Source: Octopus bimaculoides
Taxonomy: Eukaryota
Direction: 5' to 3'
NCBI RefSeq assembly: GCF_001194135.2
Contig: NC_068990.1
Coordinates: 25,263,703-25,327,702 of the forward strand
Length of the DNA stretch: 64,000 bases
In this document: in pieces, positions 42,241 through 54,347 of the stretch
Position numbering within the stretch: position 1 is the first letter of the stretch
Layout of the letters: the number at the start of each line of letters is the position of its first letter
Translations under genes and position numbers: made by a program
Notes under the pieces: generated by a model
Told to the model about the DNA's origin: nothing
The model's input: only the letters and a program-made list of their open reading frames with translations
Database searches by the model: none

Positions 42241-43608
42241 CTTGAAATGAGAAAAAAGAGAAAACAACGTCGATGTTTGAGATGTATATATATATATATT
42301 TGGCAGGAGTGAATATGATGTCTTAGAAGCGAGGAAGGACGAAAATAGATGTTGCTGTTGCTCTCACTACTAGCGTATGCTTTGGGGGAAGGCTGGGTCG
42401 GACCGAATAGATAAAACAGGTTAGGCTACGGGTATTATCAAACAAGCAGCTTATGAATGGGCTTCTCGCAGCTTCCTTCCTATCAATGATGATGCACAGA
42501 CAGACAGGATGGCGTGACTTAGAAACAGTATCGAAGTAATAATAACTTAACACAAGATGTTACACTAGAAGTAATATCAATTATTCTTTTTATTTATATT
42601 TGTTTCAGGAGTTACTTTTTCATGGTGGTTGGGGTTTTCATTGATTATATATAGAGAGAGATATAGAGAGATAAGGGGGCGTGGAAGGACTTAGATTTTA
42701 GCTTTGATATAACAAACGTATTTATATATATATCCTTGTATGCTGATCGTAACCTCCAACTGTTTGATATTGAAACAAGATGCAATAAATTGCGACGTGA
42801 AATATGTGCCTTACTAAATAAATCGCAACGCAAAAATTATTCACGAAAAAAAACAACAAACGAAAATTAAAAGATGAATATATTTCTTTTTTAAAAAATC
42901 TATTCGACTGTTTGAAAGAATTTAATAATAAAGATTATTTATAAGAAAATTCGAAGGTTTTGTTTCAAGGAGAATGTAGCTTGTACTTTCAGTTTAACAA
43001 CGGAAATGCTAATAAGCATTAACTCTAGATTAGTATTCCATTTATTTCAGTAACTTTAGCATTTTACACCTCTTTTTTTCCTCAGATTTCTACGTTTGAA
43101 ACATCAACATTACGCAATCTACACTCTACAAAATATATTTCTGCAAAATGTCATTTAATGATACGCATTTCAAAATAGAGTTACGTGGAAACGAATTCAC
43201 AGAGAGGGTGAGAATGATTCGAAACTCCTTCAACAAATATTTATATTTTCTTAATATTATCAACATAACCCTAATCTACACCCTTGAAAATGTATTTCTG
43301 CAAAATGTCTTTTAAAAATCATGCATTTTTCAGAAAATTATGCGGAAACAAAATCGATGGAGCACTAATGTGTAGTTATACCCTCTTAATATTGCAACAG
43401 CTAACAGTAATTATTGAGTTGGAATTAACTAGTCAGAGAAACATTTCGGAATATATTAACACGGAAGAATCATGACGTAAGCTGTTTCACGTTTACAGTG
43501 TTAAATACAAGAAAATAGGGTCTAAAATAAAGGCATAGTGATACAGATGCTACAAGTGGTAAAAATGTATGGAATTCAACAGTTATATAAAGAATCTGTC
43601 ACACTTAC

Positions 43609-43708
43609 CTGCAATTCTCAAAACTGCTCTGTCTGCAGGGTCCAACTGTAAAATACATAAGGGAAGCTGCAGGTCCCTATAATCCTGAAAGTCTATTCCT
43701 AGATCCAT
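43609..43708 (-). CDS. shot: Spectraplakin alternative N-terminal exon, plectin-1c / dystonin-a2 / Shot-B type: MDLGIDFQDYRDLQLPLCILQLDPADRAVLRIA
   Basis: ATG at 43708 with an in-frame TAA upstream. The 100 nt end GCA G|gtaagt (phase 1) and join 41599 to give LDPADRAVLRIADERD, matching LDPAERAVLRIADERD of vertebrate DST/MACF1/plectin-1c. The intron is 43608-41600. In-frame internal acceptors at 43684 (tttcag|GAT) and 43645 (tttacag|TTG) make the 5' boundary uncertain. Confidence 0.92.
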
Positions 43709-43954
43709 GATACACGCATCCGTTTAGACTGTACAGGTGTTTTATGAGTAAATCCGAGAGAGTGTCCCAGCCTGTGTCATCTGTCAAGCCACTGGAGACG
43801 AGTAGCGCACCAGCCGGCTCACACCCAGGCTACGACTTATCAATGAAAAATTTTGCCAGCAAACAATAATTCTAACGAAATATTCATCCATGGTTTTTCT
43901 ATTCTTCTGTGTGTCAGTATTTTTCTTTCCAGCATCCTCAGCAGCTTAATGAAC
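43709..43954 (-). other. Putative 5' UTR portion of the LDPADRAV exon
   Basis: An acceptor, actatctttatttttcaag|GTTC, lies at 43954. Upstream ATG-initiated short ORFs precede ATG 43708. Confidence 0.5.
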
Positions 43955-44045
43955 CTTGAAAAATAAAGATAGTTTTATGATTGTTATTACTCTACCGGAA
44001 AACAGAAAGATGGCTGCCTTTGGCTATTCCAAGTAGACGACTTAC

Positions 44046-44100
44046 CCTTTCCTCGACCTAAACTTTATAAATGATATTCGTTGATTGGCTGCTAATAAAA
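44046..44100 (-). promoter_or_regulatory. Candidate non-coding first exon / proximal promoter (5' end approximate)
   Basis: A perfect donor, AAAGG|gtaagt, at 44046 gives a 91-nt intron to the 43954 acceptor. A CCAAT motif (agccaatcaa) lies at 44084-44088. Confidence 0.4.
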
Positions 44101-45474
44101 AAAAAGTACAAGAATTTGATGTAGCGATTAGAAATATATTTGTTGCTTTTTTTTAAAAAATAATTAAGGGTTGTCATTGAATTTTTGCTTGCACAGCTAA
44201 AATTCTTATCTGTTGAATTTTTAACATAAAATAAAATCTAAAAAACAATCTTGGGCGGTATCCAAATAGTAGAATAGCCACATAGCAATGGCTATTTAAT
44301 TGGCCTTTGACCAAGCAGCAACGATTAACAATAATGATGTCATGAAGAAATTCAGATAAATGAAAATTACGCTATAACAGATACGTAGTTGCAATTTATA
44401 AATTCATATATCATTTATAAAATTATTTAGTCATTCATAAAAACAACACATCTATATCGCCTATTTTTATTCGACCCTAAAATAAATTTGAAATATATTG
44501 AGAAATAATCTATTTGTGTATTGTTTTAAATAAATATTTTATTTAATTAGAAATTATACAGGTATTAAATATTTTTTAATTAATTTAATTTTAATTCTTC
44601 GTTTAAAAAATTAGATGCGAATGAGCGCTAAAAATGTGAAAGTGACAAGTGCGTTCCATTAGTCGGTTATCTCCCGTCATCTAAAAGCGCAACGTCTTTA
44701 TTGAGAGACCCACGTTAAACTTTATCGCTATGATTTGGATTAAAACCTTTAATATAAACACAATATACGATATAAAAAGGATCAGTTAAAGAGAGAAAGA
44801 AAGAAAGTAAAAGAAAGGTTAGCGGAATAAGTAGTAGGCTAATGGTTTCGTTTTCTATAACGTAGATCGTTGATACCGAAACAGCACTTGTTACATTACA
44901 CATATTTTAGTTATTAATCACATGATGTATTTTTTTTCCTTCTATCTCGAGCGATGTGTGTCACCTACATGCACACACGACGACACACATTGTAGAGTAT
45001 ATATATAATATATTCCACGCGTCACTATATTTCTAAGCATGCAGAGTATTTCTCTTGTTGCGCGTACACACACAAGGCCGTTCGCACGCATTTATACATG
45101 CATACATTTGAAGATAGATAATACTTAAGTTGGCATATATGCACGTAATCATGTGCAATAATGATTTATTTTACATATAAATTCTTAAGTATTTCCTTAT
45201 AGCATATACAGACGACGCACGCATTCACCCCTCCCACACGCACATTTAAAAATGTAAATACTGACATTCATGAAACACGTCACTTATATTCAAGAATGCA
45301 ATTTCGCATCTTCCTGCGGGCACGTTTGCACCGAAATATTTCCATTCTCACACTAATACGCAAACACGCACACACAGATCCACATATACATAAATATATA
45401 CATACAAGCACACATACAGTTCATTGATTTTTAGAAAAGCGTCCATGCAACGTTACCATGCCAATACAACTCAC

Positions 45475-45650
45475 CGACGAAGCTCTGTCTCCTACTGTTG
45501 CATGATGCGACTGGCACGCTGTAGTTTTCTCCTTGGTATTACATTTACGTCTAATTATTTTTGTTTTGTCTCCTTCTACATCTTTTCTTTCCTCCCCGCC
45601 TTTTTATTTATTTATTTATTTATTTTTCGATGCGCTTGTCGGTGATTGCT
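45475..45650 (-). promoter_or_regulatory. Candidate non-coding upstream exon (5' end approximate)
   Basis: A strong donor, TCGTCG|gtgagt, sits in CpG-rich unique sequence, with a GC-box-like ggcgggg about 120 nt upstream. No ATG-initiated frame reaches the donor. Confidence 0.35.
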
Positions 45651-47274
45651 TTCCCGTTCCAAGTATTAATTTACTGAATGGGTTGATATAATAGGCAAAT
45701 AAGCAGATAGACCTGTAGACGAAGACAAGGAAGCAGAAATACATATCGGTTGATAGATGAAGGTAGCCAGATGATGACAAGTCGGTAGAAAGGTAAATAG
45801 ATTATCAGACAGATAGGTATGCAGACATACAGACAAAGAGACAGACAGATAGATAGATAGATAGATCGGACGGACGGACGGACACTGATATGTGAATAGT
45901 TTACTGTGGTTTAGCCCCCAACTCCACAGACCTATGATCAAAGGCGTTCCAATTGTGATCCTCTTATCGAAGACTACATTATTCAATGTCTTTCCTTTTT
46001 AAAGACGTCTGGGTGTGATTGTAAGGGGTGGAATTGACTGCTGTTTCTAGCACTTTGAACGTCTATGTAAATCTCACACTTTGCACAAGGCATGTTGCTG
46101 TTGTTTTTGTTGTTACTTAGCCCTAGGTCAGCCTTGATCAAATAGACATATGACGAAAGGCTTTCCAACTGTGCCCATTTCATCACTTCTTATATTAGCG
46201 ATTATAGTATGTCACCCATTTTTTTTTTTAAATACTGTTGGCCGCGATAAGGAGATTTGGCTGCTTTTTCTAGCATGTCTAGTGAATGCATAAAGCAGTC
46301 ATGTACAAACTGCAACCCACGGGACTTTCTGAATAGCAAACTTTCTGAATAGCAAACCCTTTTTTGGTTGTGTGACCCATCTGATAATGAGCCATGTAGC
46401 CCACTTGTCGAATGAGTTACCCTTGACTGGTGTAAAGGTACCCATATTATCCTAAGTTAGGTAAGTAAAGAGACAAAGGGACACATAGGGATAATAAAAA
46501 ACAGACTGTCCTTTTGTCCAAAGATTAAGCCACGTATACCTTGGATTATCTACAGATTAAAGTTCTGCTATGACTGGTTCATTACAGAGGAGCTCCTCTC
46601 CTCATGTCACAGTAGCTCACTCCTCTTATCTTTTACTTGTTTCAGTCATTAGACTGTGGCCATGCTGGGGCACTGCCTTCAAGAATTTTAGTCAAATGAA
46701 TGGTGATGATGATGATGATGATTGTGGGGATGAATGGTTGTGATAGTGGTGGTGGTGGTGATGGTGAACATCAACTGTAAATCACATCATCACCACCAAC
46801 TCTTACCCGTCTAATCTAGGTAAGGCTAAAAAGCTTATTGATTCTGCCATTTTTTTTTCTCCCATAGACTCTCTGATAACAATAAATAAATAAATAAATA
46901 AATAAGCCACAACTCATTCACTTGTACCAATTTATGTAGACCTGGTTTTAACAAACTGCACTGAATTATAACTTACAAAATATCTCTTAGTACAAAGTGA
47001 TTCACTGAAAAGTATTAACTTATTTCTGAGTAAATAAAAAAATCTGATTTGTATTATTCCTTTATAAATGAATCGCCAAAAGGTTTTCTTTTTCTTTCTT
47101 TCTTTCTTTCTTTCTTGTTAGCTTGATTGCTTTCTTTCTTTCTCTTTTTCTTTACCTCAGAAAGAACTGCAGTGAACTGTGAAAATAAATATTAATTTCT
47201 TTTAGAAATGACTGGCTTAAATCTAAGACAAACTAAACAAAATATATTAAATTGAAGGGTAGCGAGAAAGAGAG

Positions 47275-47309
<35 letters not shown>

Positions 47310-47899
47310 AATAGAGAGAGATACATAGATAGAAAGTGAAAGATAGATAGATACATACATACATACACTATTTAGACAGGTAGATAGATAGCTAAATAGA
47401 CAGACAGACAGATAAATAAATACTAAACGTAGTTGTATGTAATTTCATTGAGTGTCAGACTTATTTTTGTCAGGATATAATTAACACTTTTAGCTGCTTG
47501 TGGCAATTCACTTTCATTTACTTCAATTCCCTTGATTTTCTCTCCTTTTCTTATTTTTCTTATTTTTCAAACTCATTTTTTTTTTCCCCAAAAAAATTTT
47601 TATTTTTTTAGATCTAAAACTTCTTAAATTTAATCTTTATTTGTGATTCACTTATTTTCTAATTTGAAACTTGTTGCTATGCCTGTAAGTAAATCAGAGA
47701 CAAGAAACTGAGAAAAGACACCTGCCCCAGAAGTCAGGACACCCATGGTTTTATGGGAGTTTACCATGAGCAGCCCTTGAACATCTCCTCCCTAATGAGG
47801 AATACTCTAGTTAAAGTGTTATTACAGTAATCCTTTGCCATATCGTGGTTCATCTATTGCGCACTCAGTACATCGCAGATTTTTCTAGCTAATACTCAT

Positions 47900-48299
47900 T
47901 TACTCTTTTACTTGTTTCAGTCATTTGACTGCGGCCATGCTGGAGCACCGCCTTTTTAGTCGAGCAAATCGACCCCAGGACTTATTCTTTGGAAGCCTAG
48001 TACTTATTCTATCGGTCTCTTTTGCCGAACTGCTAAGTTACGGGGACGTAAACACATCAACATCGGTTGTCAAGCGATGCTGGTGGGACAAACACAGACA
48101 CACAAACATATATATATATATATATACATATATACGACGGGCTTCTTTCAGTTTCCGTCTACCAAATCTTCTCACAAGGCTTTGGTCGGCCCGAGGCTAT
48201 AGTAGAAGACACTTGCCCAAGGTGCCACGCAGTGGGACTGAACCCGGAACCATGTGGTTGGTAAGCATGCTACTTACCACACAGCCACTCCTGCGCCTA
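47900..48299 (-). mobile_element. Full-length tRNA-derived SINE (family A), young copy with CpGs intact
   Basis: The minus strand begins taggcgcaggagtggctgtgtggtaag (A box) ... ggttcagtccc (B box), has an internal (TA)n tract and ends in a gaaacaagtaaaagagta tail. Near-identical copies occur elsewhere in the window. Confidence 0.9.
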
Positions 48300-48559
48300 T
48301 GTAAATTTATTTTGCAGACTCCTCAGTATATCGCGGGTTTCTGCGGCCGATAAGTATTTATATTTTTTTCGATTTTAATTATTTCTGTGGGAGGTTTTGG
48401 AACGTAACACCCACGATGGTTGAAGGATTACCGTACTACCATTTGCTTTTTTTTCTCTTCTTTTTTCATACCTGTTTCCATGCAAAACCCTCACAATAAT
48501 ATACACACACACTCAATATTTTGTGCCTTCCTTAAGGTTTTGCTTAATATAAACCTTTT

Positions 48560-49230
48560 GTGGTTAATAAAAACTCTTGGCATCAATAAGAATCGACTGG
48601 CTGGTCTGTTCTGGATGACTTTTGGGCTGAGGCCTATGAATAATTTCCAGAAGTCCTTGGTCTAGCAGTGCTACCATAGGCATTGTTGGTTTGAGATAAA
48701 TTCTATAGGTATGGAACTGCCATCAGCTGGGCTTGCCTGAGATGCACACAGAATGCTAAAACTGTTCTGCATGCTCTCGCACAGTGCCCATGTATTTCTG
48801 ATTTGTGGGTTTATGTTGAACATCTGCTATTGCATGTAGAATGGATCTAGCTTTCAGCTGAGTCCATTGTTTTCCTTTAGCCAGGAAGGGCAGGCTGTCT
48901 TTCTTTGTCTGGCAGCCTTAGCAAAAGAGGTTGTGTGGTGGACCAGATTGAAAGAGCTGAAGACAAATACTTACCTCTTTGGCCAAGCCTTCATAAATTT
49001 TATCAAGTTTCACTTGAAAAGGAAAGTGAGGATGGAGAAGAAAGTTCTGTCTTGCAGCAATTTTGTTAAAAGGTGGGTGAATGTTGCAAGAATGATTCAA
49101 GTGAACAGACCTACTTGAACCTTTAAGTTGAAGATGGACAATGTGAACAGGGCATTTTACTTAGTGCTCAGGGTGACTGTGGTTTTTATACGGTCTCCAT
49201 GAGCAACCCAAGGAAGTCTCCCTCTTTTGG
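48560..49230 (+). mobile_element. Tx1/L1-clade LINE ORF2 3' fragment with CCHC zinc knuckle
   Basis: CLRC...KTVLHALAQC...LW (about 48735-48810), followed by VFLCLAALAKEVVWWTR...FINFIKFHLKRK...KRW. Confidence 0.75.
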
Positions 49231-50021
49231 GGAATTATTCATTGTTATATTCCAATATTGTTATTGTTTTATTTTTATACACCTTTTATGTAATCCCACA
49301 TTCTATTGTTCTGTACTGTCCCCGATGTTTTTGTGAACCTTCAGGAGATAATAGTGAAAACATTATTATTATATCCCTTGTGTTGTATTGTCCCTTTTTG
49401 CTTTGTGTTAAGGCCTTGTGGCCAATAAAGAAAACATTATCAATATTATTATTATTATTATTATTGAGTTAAGTTAGAGGTTATAACAACCGTCTAAGAG
49501 ATAACTTGTATCCAGTGAATCCACTGGTGTATTACCTTTATTTAATCATGAGCATTGGTATTACTGCTCATAAATGATAGATAATGACAAGAATAAACTA
49601 AGGTTTATCAATATTTAAGGAAAGCAGAAAATGGAGATAAAATTGATGAATAACAATTGTTAGAATTTTCTTCAGTTTGAGTAGCCCATCCTACTCAAAA
49701 GGTCCCTGAATAAGGGTTGTTTAAGGATGATGCACAAAACATCCATATTAACAGAGGTGAATCATTCAAACCCCAAAGAATTCCTCTCAACACATGGCTA
49801 TGATGCTTCCCTACTACTCCTGCTTGTGATCAGAGATGCATATATTATCAGCCACTAAGGGACATACTCAACTGGTTAAGGTAAAAAAAACTGACAAGCA
49901 AATCTGTGGTATTGAGCAGAATATTTGCTGTAGCCCATCTTTTACACCAAGACAAAACAATGTACATAACATTTCCAATCAGTTAAGATCAGAACCATGA
50001 GAACCAGTGCCTGGTTCTGTA

Positions 50022-50058
<37 letters not shown>

Positions 50059-50299
50059 TGTCCTATATACAAGTCCATTGTTCTGATATACTGTTTAATA
50101 CAAGTCACTGCCTTCTTTTTGAACTTAGCTCAAGAGCTTTGATAAAGGTACTTGATCTGTTCAATGTGACAATTAAACCGCCTTTAACAAACACCAGGTG
50201 CATCTAAGGTAAGGGCGGGAATCAAACAACTAAAAATAACAGCCAAATTACCTGCTATTTACAACCTACCATCTACAAAAGAGCGGCAAAGACTGGGTT

Positions 50300-51420
50300 A
50301 AGAATCAGCAGTTAAAAAAATGAAGGAAATACAAGTTGGGAAACAAGGAGAAAATGTACTAGTGAAAGTTGGGCAAGAACCAGTTGATGAAGTTACAAGC
50401 TTCACATATCTGGGAAGTATAGTGACAAGCAATGGCGATGCACAGACAGATGTAAGCTGCAGAATTGGACAGGCAGTGGCAGTATTTAGAAGACTGACAA
50501 CATTTTGGTGACATAAGTGTAGAGCTGAAGATTCATCTATACAAAACAGCAATATTCTTTTCTACTCTAGGTACAAGGTCCGAAATTTTTGGGGGGAGGG
50601 GGCCAGTGAATTAGATCGACCCCACTACACAACTGGTACTTAATTTATTGTTTCTGAAAGGATGAAAGACAGAGTCAACCTCAGCGGAATTTGAACTCAG
50701 AACATAAAGACAAACGAAATACCACTAAGCAACTTGCCTGGCATGCTAATGTTTCTTATTTCTTTATTGCCCACAAGGGGCTACACACAGAGGGGACAAA
50801 CAAGGACAGACAAATGGATTAAGTCGATTACATCAACCCCAGTGCATAACTGGTACTTATTTAATTGACCCTAAAAGGATGAAAGGCAAAGTCAACCTCA
50901 GCAGAATTTGGACTCAGAACGTAGCGGCAGATGAAATACCTGGCATGCTAATGTTTCTGCCTTACAAAACAGCAATATTGCCAATAGAGATCTATGCAGC
51001 TGAGACCTGGAAGATGACAGCAAAAATCACCTACCAACTTGACGTATTTCATCAGCAGTGCCTCAGAAGGATCCTAAGAAACACTTATCGAGACAAAGTG
51101 ACAAATGGAACCATTCTCCAAGCAGCAAGAGTAAGGCCCCTGCATGCAATTGTAACTGAGCAACAAATGAGAATGACTGGACACATACTAAAACTGCCAG
51201 AAGAGAGGCTTGCCAGAACAGCCATGGGCTGGATGCCACGGGAAGTTGAGAGAAAAAGAGGCTGGCCAAGGTAGACATGGTGTAGTACCTTCAAAGAAGA
51301 CCTACGCAGACAGCACATCACCTGAGAAGAAGCATACCAGTTGACCACAGACAGAGACAACTGGTGATCACTGACTGCCTGATGTGCTGCTCAAAGGCAC
51401 CAACAGACCTAAAGAAGAAG
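50300..51420 (+). mobile_element. RTE-clade LINE 3' fragment (RT C-terminus), degraded and interrupted
   Basis: Motifs V..FTYLGS...D...RIGQA...F..L and IYAAETW...LDVFHQQCLRRIL...VTN...GHIL..PEERL..W.P..RKRG.P, followed by a (GAA)n tail. Confidence 0.9.
50557..50962 (-). mobile_element. Tandem pair of family C SINEs inserted into an RTE LINE, 17-bp target-site duplication
   Basis: tacaaaacagcaatatt occurs at both 50540-50556 and 50963-50979. RTE coding similarity resumes after the second copy. Confidence 0.9.
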
Positions 51421-52139
51421 AAGAAGAAGAAGAAGAAGGAGAAGAGAGAGAGAGAGAGGAAGAAAGAAACATTAGATTATTTAGTTTTGGCATATTCTTA
51501 GTCTTCATTTTAGTTCTTGCTGAACAGCTGGCATGTCCACCAGAGAGTAAGACATTTTCAATCATCTAGATTTTGAGCATCATCCCAGGTGATGCTACGG
51601 TGCTTCAGATCATCTCAGAGGGTGACACACCATGTCTTCTTGGATCTCCTTTTTTCATCCCTATAGCTGTACCCATTGTATAGCTGCCTTGGGAATTCAT
51701 TCTTCTGGCAGTTAGAAAACACAACCTTCAACAGTTGACAGATCCTTTTCCCTAAATATGTGTGGCCCTTGTTCTTATGCTAGAAATCTTCATATCACAG
51801 GTTCACTCAAGTAATACTGCCAGAGGCAGTTTGATAATTTATATCAACTCACATGACAAAACTCTAACAGTCAGGGTGCATTGTCTGGAAAAGTGAACAT
51901 TAAAACGAGGAAGAGGAGGATAACATTGAGGGTAATGGGTAGCCATGCCACCCACTTCTGGTTTTGCTACTGAATAGATTTCAAATATTTTCAAAACTTT
52001 GCTTTCTTTTTCTCTTCTATCCTCCACTTTGAGGTGGAGAGTAGAACCCAAGTTTCTTCTTTCCCCACCTGGATTGCAGATATCACCATCACCACCACCA
52101 CCACCACCACCACATTCAAATTAAAACATCTAATTGGAA

Positions 52140-52184
52140 TGAGGACGATGATGATGATGATAGTTATCATGATGGTGGTGGTGG

Positions 52185-52217
<33 letters not shown>

Positions 52218-52340
52218 GGGTGGTGATGATGGTGATGGTAATGATGATGGTGATGGTGGTGGTGATGATGATGATGGTGGTGGTGATGGTGGTGGTGGTG
52301 GTGATGACGATGACTGTGATGATGATGATAATAATGACAC
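52140..52340. repeat. Compound (GAT/GGT)n trinucleotide repeat
   Basis: Read directly. It produces the spurious Met/Val-rich and Ser/Pro-rich ORFs. Confidence 0.95.
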
Positions 52341-53395
52341 CAACACCAACAGCAAGGATGGCTGTGACCCTACGTCTTTAAGGTGTACTCTAAGGCAATG
52401 TAAGCAAGGGTATGTTTACACGAGTACTTGCCACGGCACAGAAAGTTAAGTGTCTGGAAAACAAAACAATCCTCATCTGCATGACATGTTCCTTAATAGT
52501 ATATGTGTGTGTGTGTGTATGTATGTATGTATAAATATATATACATGTACTTGCATTTCTGTGTGGATGGCGATGGGGCGCATGTGTGTGTAAATATATG
52601 TATATATATATAAATATGTGTGTATATATATATATATTTGTGGGTGCATTGCCGTCAAAACGTCCAACCCATGCCAGGATGGAAGAAGGAATATTAAATG
52701 AGGTTGATAATGATAATGATGATAATTATATGTATGTATATATGTGTGTGTGTGTGTGTATAAATACACTCACACACACAAATGTGTGTGTGTGAGTGAG
52801 AGAGTGAAAGAGAGAAGAGAAACTAGAGATATTATCAATATTAAGAAAAACAAACAGAAAATGATGTTTGTCTAGTAATTTTATTTTTCCTTCTCCCATC
52901 CTTGCATATAATTAGCATCAAGGTATTGGAATTAAAATTACAGTAAGGGGCTTTCTCTACATAGCATTCATATTTTGTGCCATGGGAAGGTACTTTACAT
53001 ATAGGTGTGTGTGTATATGTTTGTGTCTGTGTGTGTAAGTGTGTGTGTTTACATTTGTATATGCTTGTGTGTGCATTCATGAGTGTGTGTGTGTGCATTC
53101 ACGAGTGTGTGTGTGTGCATTCACGAGTGTGTGTGAGTGTTTGTGTATGTGTGGGGGGTCTGCATCTGCATATGCAAGTGTGTGCATTTGTGAGTGAGAG
53201 TGAGTATATTTGTGTGCATGTATGCATGTGTGTGTGCATTTGTGTGTGCGTTTGTACATATGTTTTCCTAGACTAGTTTTAATTGCCATTTGGTAGTTAT
53301 GACACACCCTCAAGAGGCAGAGAAATTTTAATAAAATGAATCTATGTTGTATGGTATTTGATATACCTGTATCTATCTATCTAGCTATCTGTCTG

Positions 53396-53464
<69 letters not shown>

Positions 53465-53940
53465 GTACATACATACACGTACATATACATGTTACTGGCC
53501 ACTCTAAGTTATTTCTCTTAGCTCATTTTTGTTTAAATTATGCAAATTACCTAAGCCACAAATGTGTTTTGCAATGTTTTGTATAAATTTAAGTCCCTTT
53601 GCGATTGCAGATTGTTTAGGACAATAAGCTGGCTGACGATGCTTATTGAAGCAGAAACACACGTCCATGTCTGTCAGCTTGTCTCCAATAAACCAATTTT
53701 TTTCCTTAATGGAGAAATTCTTGAACCTTGAAATTTTCTCCCTTTCTCATATGAAGCTGATCTTAATTGCTATTTAGTAATTACAAAACATCCTCTAGAG
53801 ATAGATATTGTTTTAATAAATCAAGAAACTATGTTGTATTTAGTATATATCTTTATTTGTCAATATGTTTCAATGTAGCCACTCATAAACCACATTATTT
53901 AATGTTCTTTATGGAATCTGTTACTTAATGGTTTTCAATC

Positions 53941-54347
53941 ACTTCTTTTATTTGTTTCAGTTGTTTGTCTGTAGCCATGCTGGAGCACCACCTGTAGTCA
54001 AACAAATCAACTCCAGGACTTATTCTTTGTAAACCCAGTACTAATTCTATCGGTCACTTTTGCCAAACTGCTAAGTTACGGAGATGTAAACACACCAGCA
54101 TCAGTGTCAAGCGATGGTGGTGGTGGTGGGGGGGGGACAAACATGAACACACAAATACATATATACATACATATATATATATACGACGGGCTTCTTTCAG
54201 TTTCTGTCTACCAAATACACTCACAAGGCTTTGGTCAGCCCAAGGCTATAGTAGAAGACACTTGCCCAAGGTGCTATGCAGTGGAACTGAACTCAGAACC
54301 ATGCGGTTGGGAAGCAAGCTTCTTACCACACAACCACTCCTGCGCCT
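53941..54347 (-). mobile_element. Full-length SINE family A copy
   Basis: Colinear with 47900-48299 along its whole length. Confidence 0.9.

Noticed and set aside
46807-46850. ATG-initiated MAESISFLALPRLD ending at a gtaaga donor
   Set aside because: It is phase 2 and fits neither the CH1 acceptor nor the good internal acceptors. There is no homology.
52034-52381. Met/Val-rich, Ser/Pro-rich and HT/YI/CV-repeat ORFs here and throughout the window
   Set aside because: They are translations of microsatellites.
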